Positions 30,994 through 42,299 are shown, counted from the stretch's first letter. The stretch: 64,000 nucleotides of DNA from an uncultured Candidatus Saccharibacteria bacterium (GCA_964427275.1 CAYRSR010000001.1:20394-84393); one strand, 5' to 3'. The notes: generated by a model from the sequence alone, not told the origin. Translations and numbers: made by a program.

Positions 30994-32071
30994 AGTTCTT
31001 TAGAACTTCTATGATTCTTTCACTTGCTTTTCCGCCACCATAAAAGTCAATCCATTTTTTATTGGAAGTATCTCTATTAAAAGCTTTTATGGTCTCTTTT
31101 ACTATGTTTTCTTTTTTATTGCCAACAACCTTATTCCATCCTATTTCTACCAGTTCAACCCATTCTGTTTCATTCCTTGGAATGATACAGGGTGTTCTAA
31201 AAAAATATCCTTCCTTCTGTACACCTCCAGAATCAGTAACTATTACCTTTGCACTACTTTCAAGAACAATCATCTCAAAATAAGAAACTGGTTCTGTGAT
31301 AATTAAGTTTTTAGAAGTTCTATCTATTAAGTTATAATTTTTTAATGCTTTTCTTGTTCTTGGATGAACAGGAAAGAAAACTTTTATATCTGAATTAGCA
31401 ATATCATTCAAAGCATTCCAGATATTTTCTAAATTCTCTTTAATATCTGTATTTTCCGCTCGATGTATTGTAACTAGAATAAATTCTTTAGGTCTGAGAT
31501 TATATTTTGAAAGTATCTTTTTTTTACTAACTTTCCTTTTAACTTCTAAAGCTAGATCGAACATTACATCCCCTACTTTGTAAACACCTTTTGTTATCCC
31601 TTCTTTCTTTAAATTTTCTACTGTCTTATCTGTTGGTGCAAAAAGAATATCCGAACAGTGATCTGTCAAAACCCTGTTTACTTCCTCAGGCATATTCTTG
31701 TTATAACTTCTCAGGCCTGCTTCTATATGAGCAAGAGGAATATGAAGCTTGACAGAAGCCAAAGCTCCTGCCAGAGTTGTATTCGTATCTCCATAAACTA
31801 AAACAAGATCAGGTTTCTCTTTGAATAATACTTTTTCTACTTCTATAAGCATTTTGCCTGTCTGTTTGCCATGAGTTCCGGAACCTACTCCAAGATTATA
31901 ATCGGGTCTTGGTAAGCTTAATTCCTTGAAAAATATGTCAGACATGTTGAAGTCATAATGCTGTCCTGTATGAACAAGAATTTCATTAATACCATTTTTT
32001 CTCAGTTTCCTTGAAATTAAAGCTGCCTTTATAAATTGAGGACGAGCACCAATAATAGATATAACTTTCAT
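30983..32071 (-). CDS. wecB: Non-hydrolysing UDP-sugar 2-epimerase (WecB/WbpI type)
   Basis: GARPQFIK, HTGQHYD, HIEAGLRS and TDSGGVQKE motifs. Confidence 0.92.
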   Translation of the reverse strand: MKVISIIGARPQFIKAALISRKLRKNGINEILVHTGQHYDFNMSDIFFKELSLPRPDYNLGVGSGTHGKQTGKMLIEVEKVLFKEKPDLVLVYGDTNTTLAGALASVKLHIPLAHIEAGLRSYNKNMPEEVNRVLTDHCSDILFAPTDKTVENLKKEGITKGVYKVGDVMFDLALEVKRKVSKKKILSKYNLRPKEFILVTIHRAENTDIKENLENIWNALNDIANSDIKVFFPVHPRTRKALKNYNLIDRTSKNLIITEPVSYFEMIVLESSAKVIVTDSGGVQKEGYFFRTPCIIPRNETEWVELVEIGWNKVVGNKKENIVKETIKAFNRDTSNKKWIDFYGGGKASERIIEVLKNYGK

Positions 32072-32116
32072 AGTTTTTTATGGATACTTAAAATTTTTTT
32101 CTCTTTTATGACTTGA

Positions 32117-32863
32117 CTACTTCTTGATTTTCATTACAAACTGCTGATATTTTTCAATAACCTCCTGAGGTTTCCCATAAGCCTTAACTTCACCTCTATG
32201 CAACCACAATACCTGTGTAGAAAACTGTTTGATAGCTTCCATATTGTGACTTACCAAAACTACTGTGTGATCCTTACCTAATAACTCTCGAATCTTTGCC
32301 TGGCTTTTTTGACGAAAACTCTGGTCTCCAACACCTAATACTTCGTCAATCAGCAATATATCACATTCCAGATGAGCAGCTATAGCAAATCCAAGTCTAG
32401 CTACCATACCTGATGAATAAGTTTTAACAGGAGTATTAATAAAATCCCCAATTTCGGCAAACTCTACTATCCTTTTATAATACTTCCTAATTTGAGGTAA
32501 GGAAAATCCCATTAGCATTCCAACCAAAAATATGTTCTCACTGCCAGTAAGCTCAGGTTGAAAACCTGCGGTTAAGGAAAGTAATGTTGAAACTCGGCCA
32601 GCTACTTCTATCTTACCTTCATCTGGAACAAATATACCCCCGATCACCCTGAGAAGAGTACTTTTTCCAGCTCCATTTAATCCTATAACTCCCAATGTTT
32701 CACCATTTCTTACAGCAAAGCTTACATTCCGCAAGGCCCAAAATTCTTTAAAAGATTGACGCTTTAAACCCTGCACTACTAACTTTTTTAATGTAGGACG
32801 CTTTTCCAGATGCAGTCTGAACTTTATGCCAATATTATTTGCTTTTATCATTACTTTGCTCAT
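32117..32863 (-). CDS. wzt: Polysaccharide ABC exporter ATPase
   Basis: GLNGAGKST and YSSGM.ARLGF motifs; no C-terminal carbohydrate-binding domain. Confidence 0.9.
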   Translation of the reverse strand: MSKVMIKANNIGIKFRLHLEKRPTLKKLVVQGLKRQSFKEFWALRNVSFAVRNGETLGVIGLNGAGKSTLLRVIGGIFVPDEGKIEVAGRVSTLLSLTAGFQPELTGSENIFLVGMLMGFSLPQIRKYYKRIVEFAEIGDFINTPVKTYSSGMVARLGFAIAAHLECDILLIDEVLGVGDQSFRQKSQAKIRELLGKDHTVVLVSHNMEAIKQFSTQVLWLHRGEVKAYGKPQEVIEKYQQFVMKIKK

Positions 32864-33648
32864 CTTATATCTTTTGCTAGATAAGATTCCTTACGAGCAA
32901 AAAGAAAAAGACCAAAGCACAAGAATAAAAATCCTGCTCCTAAAGTTATCCAGATATAAAAAGTTGGTGGAATCCCTCGCACCAGTAAATTCTTGTAGGC
33001 ATTAAACAAAGCAGAAAATGGATTCAACATATATATTGGTTGTAGATGTTTTGGAATTCTATCAGCTACCGAATATAATCCCGGTGAAAGATAAAACCAC
33101 ATTCGCAAGCCAAACTGTAATATGTTTTGAAGGTCTCGAAAATATACCCCAAAAATTGCCAATATTAGAGAAAGACCTAGCGTAAAAACAAACTGAATCA
33201 AAACTACCACCGGTAGCCATACAAGATTTATAGTAAAGCGAGCATGAAACATAAAAAGCATGGGTAAGAGAGCAATCAAACTGAATAAATACTTCATAAA
33301 CCCAGTAACTACCTGTTGAGTAGGAAGTATTATTTTTGGAAAAGCTACGGCCTGAATAAGCTTTGCCCTGCTAGTAAGTGAGACAACGGATTGCTGTAAA
33401 GAATAAGTGAACCAGCGCCAGGCAAGTAGAGCAGAAAATAAAAGCACTGGAAACTGAGGACCTCCTCTTTTAAAGATATACTGAACCAGAATTACATATA
33501 CTACCATCATCATCAAAGGATCTAAAATACTCCACAAAAAACCAAAAAACTTGTTTTTGTAGGCAACTTTAAGATCAGACTTTACCAGAAACCAAAGTAG
33601 ATATCTCCAATTCCAAAGTTGTTTTACCGGTTGAAATAAGTTTTTCAT
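32860..33648 (-). CDS. wzm: Polysaccharide ABC exporter permease
   Basis: GFLWSILDPL, FRDL, WFYLSP and LNP motifs. Confidence 0.9.
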   Translation of the reverse strand: MKNLFQPVKQLWNWRYLLWFLVKSDLKVAYKNKFFGFLWSILDPLMMMVVYVILVQYIFKRGGPQFPVLLFSALLAWRWFTYSLQQSVVSLTSRAKLIQAVAFPKIILPTQQVVTGFMKYLFSLIALLPMLFMFHARFTINLVWLPVVVLIQFVFTLGLSLILAIFGVYFRDLQNILQFGLRMWFYLSPGLYSVADRIPKHLQPIYMLNPFSALFNAYKNLLVRGIPPTFYIWITLGAGFLFLCFGLFLFARKESYLAKDIR

Positions 33649-35231
33649 AAGTTCTTATTTGTCAACTCAGAGTAAACTTTTAAAAGTTTCTTGGATTCGT
33701 TTTCCCAGTTGTAAATCTTAGCTGCTTTTTTTGCATTCTCTTTCATTTGTCGATATCTTTTTGGATTAGATAGAATAAAATCAATAGCTCTGGCAATATC
33801 CTCTGGGTCTTCTGGATTAAAAACTGCGCCAAGTTTATGCCCAAGTACAATCTTTCTTAATTCTGGAAAATCACTTGCAGCTACTGGTAAGCCAGCCATT
33901 AAATATTCAAACATTTTATTTGGAAGCCCGTAGTAATTGTTTAAGCTAACTTTCCGAAAAGGAATTACACCTAAATGTGCTTCTTTTGTAACATAGATTA
34001 GCTTATCAGGGGAAACTGGAGGAAGAAATATTACTTTATCATGTAATTCCTGATCAGTTTCAACAAAACTTTTAAGTTCACTTTCTAGTTTTCCCCAGCC
34101 AATCAATACCAGAATAATTTGTGAAAGAGAAACAAGTTTAATAGCTTTTATTAAATTAAATAAGCCTCGCCCAGGAGCGAATCCTCCTTGATAAATAACT
34201 ACTTTGAACTTATTGCTTACCGGGATAAATTTTCGGTTATAATGCTGTTGTTTGTTTTTTTTAGCAGCAACCGGACAATTCATAACTATAGCCGAAATAT
34301 TTAGGTTATATCTTTTTTCTAGTTGACCTGCAATTGAATGGTTAACTGTAATGATTCTGTCAGATTTACCTATAAGATTTCTTTCTATTATTCGTGCTAG
34401 AAACCTCTCCAGCCAATTTAGGCCAGTCTTTTCTGTATAGAGTTCATGTGAATCATATACCAGTTTTCCTCCTAATTTTTTCTTAGCCCAAAAAGCTATC
34501 GGTAAAGTATTTAAGTCATGAGCATGATAAATATCTGCTGGTTCTTGTTCTATAATCTTAAAACTTCGCTGGTAATAATCTAAAAACGACAAAGGTCTGT
34601 GGAAAATCATTAAAAAATTTCGAAGTAACCCATACAAAAAGAAATAGGTATGTTTTGCTGGATAATAAAATCCCCAGTAGAAAATTTTTTTTATACCTTT
34701 GTAGAAAAAGAAGCAGATACATTTTGCTGGATAATAAAATCCCCAGTAGAAAATTTTTTTTATACCTTTGTAGAAGTAATAACCTAATACTAAAGCCCAG
34801 CCTAAAGATAAAAAGTAACCCGGACAAGTTTTTAAAGATTTTCTAACATACTCTCTAAGTCCTTTTTCTTTAATAACCTGATTAAGTTTCTGAAATATTA
34901 ATCGCAGCTTGCCTACTGCTTTTCTTGTAACTGATTGAACTTTTACCGGTTGACGTTTCAACCGTGAAATAGAGCAATTTAAAAAACTCAAAAATTTTTT
35001 AGTAGAAGAAAGGATTCCTTTTAAGATTTTATAGTGAAGTGGGTTTTTAACCACTCGAATAATCCTAAACCCTTCCCTTTTTTCGTAAGGTTCTGTAGTT
35101 TTATCAAGCACGGCAATAATTCTTACATCGTATCCAGCTTCCGTTAAAGTCTTTGCTTCTTTTAAAACTCTAGCATCATGCTTACAGTTATTATATACAA
35201 ACATGCAGACTTTAATGTTTCTGAATGTCAT
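33645..35231 (-). CDS. GT4 glycosyltransferase with aromatic/basic insert
   Basis: DARVLKEA, HAHD, YDSHE and PNKMFEY..AGLPV motifs. Confidence 0.9.
   Translation of the reverse strand: MTFRNIKVCMFVYNNCKHDARVLKEAKTLTEAGYDVRIIAVLDKTTEPYEKREGFRIIRVVKNPLHYKILKGILSSTKKFLSFLNCSISRLKRQPVKVQSVTRKAVGKLRLIFQKLNQVIKEKGLREYVRKSLKTCPGYFLSLGWALVLGYYFYKGIKKIFYWGFYYPAKCICFFFYKGIKKIFYWGFYYPAKHTYFFLYGLLRNFLMIFHRPLSFLDYYQRSFKIIEQEPADIYHAHDLNTLPIAFWAKKKLGGKLVYDSHELYTEKTGLNWLERFLARIIERNLIGKSDRIITVNHSIAGQLEKRYNLNISAIVMNCPVAAKKNKQQHYNRKFIPVSNKFKVVIYQGGFAPGRGLFNLIKAIKLVSLSQIILVLIGWGKLESELKSFVETDQELHDKVIFLPPVSPDKLIYVTKEAHLGVIPFRKVSLNNYYGLPNKMFEYLMAGLPVAASDFPELRKIVLGHKLGAVFNPEDPEDIARAIDFILSNPKRYRQMKENAKKAAKIYNWENESKKLLKVYSELTNKNL
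34653..34775. repeat. 69-bp-period tandem duplication inside GT4
   Basis: Two identical ~54-bp units encoding FYKGIKKIFYWGFYYPAK. Confidence 0.9.
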
Positions 35232-35348
35232 TTTTTACAATTAGTAAAACTTTATTTCAGGTTAATTTTCTTGTCAAGTTTTAAAAAATTTCAAAAATCG
35301 CTTGCTTAGAAATTTCTATTAGCCAAGAAATATTAGACTTATCTCTCT

Positions 35349-36620
35349 TTAATTTTCGGTCATCAATGTCTTTCGCAAATATAAAGCAATTACATGACTT
35401 CTCTCAAGCTGTCTTTCTTTAGTTAACTTCTTATTCCACTCATTACATAACCTACTAACTGCATTTTGTTCTGGGTAACCTCCCGGATAAAGATAAATAG
35501 AACATTTCGGGCAAACAGTTGTTGGAGTACGTGCCCAAATACCTCCTAAATGCTGCTTAATCCAAAGAAGAATTCTTACAAACGAGCGACGCTCTCCTCC
35601 AGTATGAAGAATTTTAACCAGTTTGAAATCAGGCTCAAATAAATATTTTAATTTCTTTAACGAGAAACTTCGATGATGATAATTAACATGAAAAATTGTT
35701 TTACAGCGTATACATCGAGCTAAACCCAATGACAATTGTTCTTGCCAAGGAACACTTATTAGTATCCACTTTCGAGCTACCCGCTTAAGCTCCTTTAGCG
35801 TCCGTTCATAAGCAGCTTGAGGAAGATGTTCCAAGAGCTCTGCTGCTAGGACAAGATCGAAGCTTTGGTCTCTAAATGGAAGATTATCTGCAGATCCAAT
35901 TACTGTTTTGGTTTTTACGTATTTTAAAGCAGCCTGGCTTGTGTCTACTCCTATAACTTTATAAGAACTGGCAAGTCGATTAGTAATTCTGCCATCACCA
36001 CATCCTACATCAAGTATTGTTGAAGTACCTTTAGGTATCATAGTAATTGTGTCGTTAATCCGCCTTAATTCTCTCTTATCAAGTTTTTTACCCCAAAGAG
36101 AGGATTGTTCATAATATCCTTCTGCTTTTTTAGATTTAGCTAAAAGAATTATGTCATTATAATCGCGAATAAAATAGCGTCTTTTAAGAATACAAGCTAG
36201 CCATACTAAAAGCATAAGACTCAATGGAAAATGAACATGGTAGTAAACAGCTGGCAGACGAAACGCAGCAAATACCAACAAAAGAGTAGTTAAGAATTTA
36301 TTCAAAATTCCTCCCAACTTACGTATCAGGACAACCACAACTAAATCAGCTTTTTGTAAAAAGAACCTTACAGGTTTAGGAGAGAGTTTAGTTATTTTCC
36401 TGTATTTACCAATCAATGAGGTTGATATTCTATATACTGCTGAAGGAATCCTAACTATTTCAAAACCAGTAATTCTTTCCCGTTTTGGCAAGTTCTTAGC
36501 CCAGAGTCCAATAACTGTTACCCAAAGACCAAACTTAGAAAGAATCCTAGCTTCTTTAATCGTACGTGAGTCATTTACTAAAGTATTACGCGTTACTATA
36601 CAAACTCTGCCCATGCTCAA
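35349..36620 (-). CDS. GT4 N-terminal domain fused to class I SAM methyltransferase
   Basis: DSRTIKEA N-terminus; ILDVGCGDG, LPF.DQSFDLV and LEH motifs; CxxC pairs. Confidence 0.8.
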   Translation of the reverse strand: MSMGRVCIVTRNTLVNDSRTIKEARILSKFGLWVTVIGLWAKNLPKRERITGFEIVRIPSAVYRISTSLIGKYRKITKLSPKPVRFFLQKADLVVVVLIRKLGGILNKFLTTLLLVFAAFRLPAVYYHVHFPLSLMLLVWLACILKRRYFIRDYNDIILLAKSKKAEGYYEQSSLWGKKLDKRELRRINDTITMIPKGTSTILDVGCGDGRITNRLASSYKVIGVDTSQAALKYVKTKTVIGSADNLPFRDQSFDLVLAAELLEHLPQAAYERTLKELKRVARKWILISVPWQEQLSLGLARCIRCKTIFHVNYHHRSFSLKKLKYLFEPDFKLVKILHTGGERRSFVRILLWIKQHLGGIWARTPTTVCPKCSIYLYPGGYPEQNAVSRLCNEWNKKLTKERQLERSHVIALYLRKTLMTEN

Positions 36621-36630
36621 CTTTTGTTTG

Positions 36631-38148
36631 TCACCTGCTACTAGCTTCTATCTTATGAAGTAACGCATTCCAATTGTCCGTTAGTAAGAAGGCTCTATGT
36701 TCGTATAACTCTTTCAAAACATACTGGTAATCATAAAATACCAGCTTCTTACCGGAATTCCAGTTTTCGATTGTTTGCATCCATTTGTGCATCCAGAATT
36801 TTAAAGTTTGATACACTTCCTCTGGAAGATCAGCAGAAGCAAGTAGACATACCAAAGCAACCACATGATAAGTATGATAATAATTCTTACCAATACCAAA
36901 CTTGGAAAAGTTAGTTGGATAACCACAGAATAGTTTGTCACGCACTGAGGTAATATGAACTACTGAATAATTACTGAGTTTTTTTGATTGAAGCTTAACA
37001 GTTTCTCCTCCAGCAGGAGTTGTTTGATAGGGATCATATTCACCAACATTAAACTCAACAGAAAAAGGTTTTCCTTCTCCTATTAAATAAGTATCATACC
37101 TTTGACTACAGCTTATCCATATATCAGTCCACCCGGAAGTAGTTTTAATAATTCTATTGTCATAAGATGAACTATCTTCTTTGATAAGTTCAAGCTTAAA
37201 TACTAAGTCATCCAGCTCAGGTAAGCGAGATTTATAAAATACATAAAGATTATCCGGTGGTCCATCAGGATGATAAATTCTAACTCGATAAGGACAAAGA
37301 TCTGAATACAAACTCAAACCAGTTGTCGAATCGTGGAAGGAAGGTAAAACTTGAGCAAGGGTAAAGATATTTTTCCTGAATAGTTCTAATGCTTCTGAAT
37401 CATTATAAAAAGTAGCATATTGATGAAGATAAAGAAGTGCATGAAGCCATCCATTAAGAATAACTTCAGGGGCAGATCGAAAAAGGGGTAGTTCAAGCAG
37501 AAAGCTATCTTTTAAATTTACTCCACCTTGATAATATGGGAAAGCTAATCCAAGATAGGTTTCTCGAGCTAATTCTTTTAAATTTAAGTTGCAACGCCTA
37601 TCTAGATCCACAATGGCTCCAAGAATCTGAGCCTGACCAATTGCACTTGGAGAAATATCAGGTCCAAGGAAACGATTAAGATTAAAATTATCTGGATAGT
37701 ACCATAAAAGACCACCATTAGGTAATCTATATGCTGTTTTCTTTGCTGCTGAAAGATACTTTTTTATTGGTTCATCACAACTAAGACGAGATAAAAATCC
37801 TCCATAAGCCATCGGATGAAAAACATATCTTTCTTTAACATCCTGCCAGTACTTAAAAAAAGGAACATCATTTACCAAAACAATGTTATCTTTAGAAATA
37901 ACCTGTCTATTCTTTTCTTCAGGAGTATAAACACTTGAAATTAACTGAAGTAAGTCCTCTGGAGGTTGAAGATAATTTTTGATGTGTCGTGCTTTGTGAA
38001 AAGCTACTATTAAAGAATTAGGTTCTTGTTTCGATTCTGTAGGCAAAAATGCATCATAAGAAAATAGTAATAGAATTAACAAAAGACAGCTAACCATAAC
38101 TGCTGTATAGATGACTTTACTAATTAGTTTTTTTAATGGAGTTTTCAT
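36631..38148 (-). CDS. Membrane-anchored D-glucuronyl C5-epimerase-like protein
   Basis: N-terminal TM; SAIGQAQ, ILNGWLHAL, SLYSDL and YHTYHV resemble C5-epim_C motifs. Confidence 0.62.
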   Translation of the reverse strand: MKTPLKKLISKVIYTAVMVSCLLLILLLFSYDAFLPTESKQEPNSLIVAFHKARHIKNYLQPPEDLLQLISSVYTPEEKNRQVISKDNIVLVNDVPFFKYWQDVKERYVFHPMAYGGFLSRLSCDEPIKKYLSAAKKTAYRLPNGGLLWYYPDNFNLNRFLGPDISPSAIGQAQILGAIVDLDRRCNLNLKELARETYLGLAFPYYQGGVNLKDSFLLELPLFRSAPEVILNGWLHALLYLHQYATFYNDSEALELFRKNIFTLAQVLPSFHDSTTGLSLYSDLCPYRVRIYHPDGPPDNLYVFYKSRLPELDDLVFKLELIKEDSSSYDNRIIKTTSGWTDIWISCSQRYDTYLIGEGKPFSVEFNVGEYDPYQTTPAGGETVKLQSKKLSNYSVVHITSVRDKLFCGYPTNFSKFGIGKNYYHTYHVVALVCLLASADLPEEVYQTLKFWMHKWMQTIENWNSGKKLVFYDYQYVLKELYEHRAFLLTDNWNALLHKIEASSR

Positions 38149-38163
38149 ATCAACTTAAATTCT

Positions 38164-39309
38164 TTATTGTAAACTCTTTATTTCTTCTACCACTTTTTTA
38201 TAAATCTTTTCTTTATAAGCTGGCTCTATTGGCAAGCTTAAAACTTGCTCTGTAACCTCTATGGTATTTTTTAGTTTTCCTAAGCATTTACATCTTTTTT
38301 TAAAAACTTTCATCTTACAAAGAGGTACTGGGTAGTAAACCATTGTTTGTATGCCTTTTCTTTTAAGTTTTTCTTGAATCTTATCTCTTTTTTTATTAAG
38401 TAGTTTCACGGTATATTGATGATAAACATGATAAGCTCTTCTTTGAACCTTGGGTATTTTAATCCAACTTATTCCTCTTAGGTACCTATTGTAGAATCTG
38501 GCTATTTTTCTTCTTTTTTTATTAAACTTATCTATGTATCTTATTTTTGCAAGCAAAACAGCTGCCTGCAAAGTATCAAGACGAGCATTATAACCTATAT
38601 GTTCTGCATCATATTTATCTTTACCCCCATGCTTTCTTAACATTCTTACAATTTCCGCCAGTTTATTATCATTTGTAGTAATCATTCCTCCATCGCCAAA
38701 TCCGCCAAGATTTTTAGAAGGGAAAAAACTGAAACATCCTGCATCGCCAAACGAACCTGTTTGTCTTCCATTCCATTTAGCACCAAAACTTTGAGCACAA
38801 TCTTCTACTATAAACAAATTATTTTTTCTAGCTATCTTTATTATTTCATCCATATTGGATGCCTGACCATAAAGATGAACAGGAAGTATTCCTACCACGT
38901 TACTATCATATTTTTCTAAGGCCAAATTTATCTGCACTGGGTCTATGTTAAAAGTCTCAGGGTTTATGTCTACAAAAAGTGGAGTTGCTCCAGATCTTAA
39001 AATAGCATCTCCGGTAGCAGTAAAGGTAAATGGTGTAGTAATTATTAAATCTTTTTTATTCCAGAACTCAGAATCTCTTTTTTTGATAGCTATAGCTCTT
39101 AAAGCAAGAACTAAAGCATCTGTTCCTGAAGATACACCAACAGCATGTTTTACTTTTATATAGTTAGCAACTTTTTGTTCTAATTCTTTTACTTCAGGGC
39201 CTAATATCCAGCGTTGATGTCTAAGACATTTCTTAATAGCAGAATTAATCTCTTTTTTAATTAACTTATACTGAGCCACCAGATCAAGAAGTTTTATTTC
39301 AATTGCCAT
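38164..39309 (-). CDS. wbpE: DegT/DnrJ aminotransferase (WbpE-like)
   Basis: [14 protein letters not shown] and SFFPSKNLG motifs. Confidence 0.88.
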   Translation of the reverse strand: MAIEIKLLDLVAQYKLIKKEINSAIKKCLRHQRWILGPEVKELEQKVANYIKVKHAVGVSSGTDALVLALRAIAIKKRDSEFWNKKDLIITTPFTFTATGDAILRSGATPLFVDINPETFNIDPVQINLALEKYDSNVVGILPVHLYGQASNMDEIIKIARKNNLFIVEDCAQSFGAKWNGRQTGSFGDAGCFSFFPSKNLGGFGDGGMITTNDNKLAEIVRMLRKHGGKDKYDAEHIGYNARLDTLQAAVLLAKIRYIDKFNKKRRKIARFYNRYLRGISWIKIPKVQRRAYHVYHQYTVKLLNKKRDKIQEKLKRKGIQTMVYYPVPLCKMKVFKKRCKCLGKLKNTIEVTEQVLSLPIEPAYKEKIYKKVVEEIKSLQ

Positions 39310-39878
39310 ACTTTGTTTCTCTTTTTTCTGTACTTTCTTTTACAAATTTTACAAATAGCCTTTCCTTTCTTAAATTCTAATTTATTTCCACATTCACAAA
39401 CCCAGCCAATAATTCTTGCAGGTACTCCAGCTACAATTGCATAATCTGGAACATCTTTTGTAACCACAGCTCCAGCTCCAATCATTGCCCATTTACCAAT
39501 TTCAATTCCACAAACAATTGTCGCATTTGCTCCAATCGTAGCTCCTTCTTTCACCAATGTAGGAAACCATTTTCCATATTGAGGATATTTTGATTTAGGA
39601 TATTTAGCTCTTGGGTTTTTATCATTAGTAAAAACTGCTGAAGGTCCTACAAAAACGTAATCTTCTAAGGTTACTAAATCCCAAACATCAACATTAGACT
39701 CAAGTTTTACCCCTTTCCCCAGTTTTGCTTTAGAACTTACCAGACAATTATGCCCGATAACACAATTTTCACCAATTTCTGCACCTTTTAAAATCTGACA
39801 ATTTTGCCAAATTTTCGTCCCTTTTCCAATTTTTGCTCCCTTTTGAATCTCAGCAGTTTTATGTGCCCAATAATTCAT
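39294..39878 (-). CDS. wbpD: Hexapeptide N-acetyltransferase (WbpD-like)
   Basis: [22 protein letters not shown] and C-terminal CECG..C motifs. Confidence 0.88.
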   Translation of the reverse strand: MNYWAHKTAEIQKGAKIGKGTKIWQNCQILKGAEIGENCVIGHNCLVSSKAKLGKGVKLESNVDVWDLVTLEDYVFVGPSAVFTNDKNPRAKYPKSKYPQYGKWFPTLVKEGATIGANATIVCGIEIGKWAMIGAGAVVTKDVPDYAIVAGVPARIIGWVCECGNKLEFKKGKAICKICKRKYRKKRNKVWQLK

Positions 39879-40846
39879 AAATTAATAAGTTTCCCATTTT
39901 TACTCAATGACCTCTGGCAACCTTCTAACACCTTTAATACTTCTAGTGCTTCTTTTCCATCTGTTCTTGGATCTTTTCTTTCCTTGATACATTTCAAAAA
40001 ATGCTTTGCTTCCTCCATTAATGGTTCTTTTTTTGAAATTTTAATCACTTTCCCTTTAGCCTTTATTACTTCCGGATTTTTGTTTTTCCTCCACCTTATC
40101 TTATGGAAATAAATTATAAGCTCATTTTTCACACCATCAAAAACTGCCATTGCCTTTGAGCCAATTATCGACAATTTTTGCTCTTTAAAGGGATTTAGCC
40201 AGGAAACAAAAATGTGAGCTGCTTTTCCTTCTTGAAACTCTAGAGAAGTTAGAGTAATATCGGGAATGTCTTTTTGAAGATATGTCTTTCCAATTGCCCT
40301 AACTTTCTTGGGCATTCCTAAAATATCAAGAATGACTGAAATATCATGAGGAGCAAATGACCATAAAACATTTTCCTCTCTTCTTAACCTACCAAAATTA
40401 AGTCGGTTTGACCAAATATAGCAAATTTTTCCTAATTCCCCTTTCTTTATTATTTCCTTTAACTTTAAAACCGCTGGATGATACAAAAGCAAGTGTCCTA
40501 CCATTAAAATCTTTTTTTTCTTTTCAGTCAATTTTAGTAGTTCTTTACCTTCTTTGACTTTCAGAGCCAGTGGCTTCTCTACAAAAACATCTTTTCCGGA
40601 ATTTAAAGCTAATTTAGCTAACTTATAATGAGTAGCCGAGGGAGTTGAAATCACAACTGCATCAATCTCTCTCTTTTTTAAGACATCTAAAAAATTTGTT
40701 GTTGTTTTAAGCCAAGGAAAGTCTCTTTTTCTCTTCCTTAGAACTTTTTTATCAGAATCACAAATAATCTCTAAAACTCCAAGTTGACTAAAAACCCTAA
40801 CCAAATTCTTTCCCCAGTATCCTGTCCCAATTATTGCTACTTTCAT
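39875..40846 (-). CDS. wbpB: Gfo/Idh/MocA oxidoreductase (WbpB-like)
   Basis: G.GYWGKN, EKP and WSFAPHD motifs; gene context. Confidence 0.8.
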   Translation of the reverse strand: MKVAIIGTGYWGKNLVRVFSQLGVLEIICDSDKKVLRKRKRDFPWLKTTTNFLDVLKKREIDAVVISTPSATHYKLAKLALNSGKDVFVEKPLALKVKEGKELLKLTEKKKKILMVGHLLLYHPAVLKLKEIIKKGELGKICYIWSNRLNFGRLRREENVLWSFAPHDISVILDILGMPKKVRAIGKTYLQKDIPDITLTSLEFQEGKAAHIFVSWLNPFKEQKLSIIGSKAMAVFDGVKNELIIYFHKIRWRKNKNPEVIKAKGKVIKISKKEPLMEEAKHFLKCIKERKDPRTDGKEALEVLKVLEGCQRSLSKNGKLINL

Positions 40847-40852
40847 AAGTCT

Positions 40853-42178
40853 TTACCACCAAGACACATTTTTGTATTCTCTCGATTTAATAGCATTTCT
40901 GGTATCAACTACCAATTTTGCATTTTTAGCAATTTCATTGTAATCAAATCCTGAGTGATCTGTAAGAATTAAGACCAAATCATACCTTTTTAAAACTTCA
41001 GGAGAATACTTAATTGATTCTAAAATTATTGGTTTCTTTAATCTATGATTTTTAACCTCAAATTTTTTAATGTAAGGGTCAAAATAATCAAGCCTGGCTC
41101 TCTTTCGCAAGAGATCCCATATTACTCGGTGAGCTGCTGATTCTCTTGAATCGGCAATATCTCTCTTATAAGCTACTCCCCAAACCAAAATTTTAGAATC
41201 CTTAACTGGCTTTTTGTTTCTATTTAGAAGAGTAATTACTCTAGTAACTACAAAATGTGGCATTTGTTCATTAATCTGTCCAGCTAATTCAATAAATCGG
41301 GGCCAGAAATTAAATTCTCTAGCACGAAAAGAAAGATAGAATGGATCAACTCCAATACAATGACCGCCACAACGAGGAGAAGGATAAAAAGGCATAAAGC
41401 CAAAAGGCTTTGTTTTTGCCGCCTCAATTACTTCCCAGATATCGATTCCCATTTTGCCACAAAGTAAAGCCAGTTCATTTATCATTGAAATGTTTACCAG
41501 TCGAAAAGTGTTTTCTAAAATTTTGGTCATTTCGGCAGTTTCAGGAAAAGTTAGTGGCATTATTTGAGCTTCAATAAAGCTCTGATAAAATTGAGTAGCA
41601 AGTTTAGTACATTTTCTGGTTATTCCTCCTACTACTCTGGGAATACTTTTTAACTGATATTTTTTGTTTCCTGGATCAAGTCTTTCTGGTGAATAAGCTA
41701 AAAAGAAATCTCTACCAACCTTTAAACCAGTCTTTTGAAGGATTGGTAAAACTACTTCCCTGGTTGTTCCAGGATAAGTGCTACTTTCTAAAATAATAAG
41801 TTGGTGTCTATGTAAATATTTTGCAATTTCTTTTGTAGCTGATTTTATATAGGAAATATCAGGAATTTTGTTTTTATCTAAAGGAGTTGGAACGCAGATT
41901 AAAACAACATCCGATTTTTTTAAACACAGATAATCATTAAAGACTTCTAATCTTTTAGAAGCTATTGCTTTCTTTAAATCTTCTGAAGTCACATCAAAAA
42001 TGTAAGACCTTCCTATATTAATCTGCCTAACTCTTTGATTATTTTTATCTATGCCAAAAACTTTAAAGCCTACCCTGGTTAGTTGAACAACAGTAGGCAA
42101 TCCTACATAACCTAAACCGATAACTGTAACTTTTGCTTTTCTATTTCTAATTAACCTATCCAAGTTCATAAATTTCAA
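40853..42178 (-). CDS. wbpA: UDP-GlcNAc 6-dehydrogenase (WbpA-like)
   Basis: GLGYVGLP, CVPTP, ESSTYPGTT, ENTFR and GGHCI motifs. Confidence 0.88.
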   Translation of the reverse strand: MKFMNLDRLIRNRKAKVTVIGLGYVGLPTVVQLTRVGFKVFGIDKNNQRVRQINIGRSYIFDVTSEDLKKAIASKRLEVFNDYLCLKKSDVVLICVPTPLDKNKIPDISYIKSATKEIAKYLHRHQLIILESSTYPGTTREVVLPILQKTGLKVGRDFFLAYSPERLDPGNKKYQLKSIPRVVGGITRKCTKLATQFYQSFIEAQIMPLTFPETAEMTKILENTFRLVNISMINELALLCGKMGIDIWEVIEAAKTKPFGFMPFYPSPRCGGHCIGVDPFYLSFRAREFNFWPRFIELAGQINEQMPHFVVTRVITLLNRNKKPVKDSKILVWGVAYKRDIADSRESAAHRVIWDLLRKRARLDYFDPYIKKFEVKNHRLKKPIILESIKYSPEVLKRYDLVLILTDHSGFDYNEIAKNAKLVVDTRNAIKSREYKNVSWW

Positions 42179-42299
42179 TTTTTCTTTTGATGTTTATGTG
42201 CTTTTCTTATCATCACTTTTAAATATTTTTGATAAATAAACCTACTTGGTGTTCTAAAGGCTAATTTTCCTTTTTTAGCTCTTTTTGACGAGTATTTTT

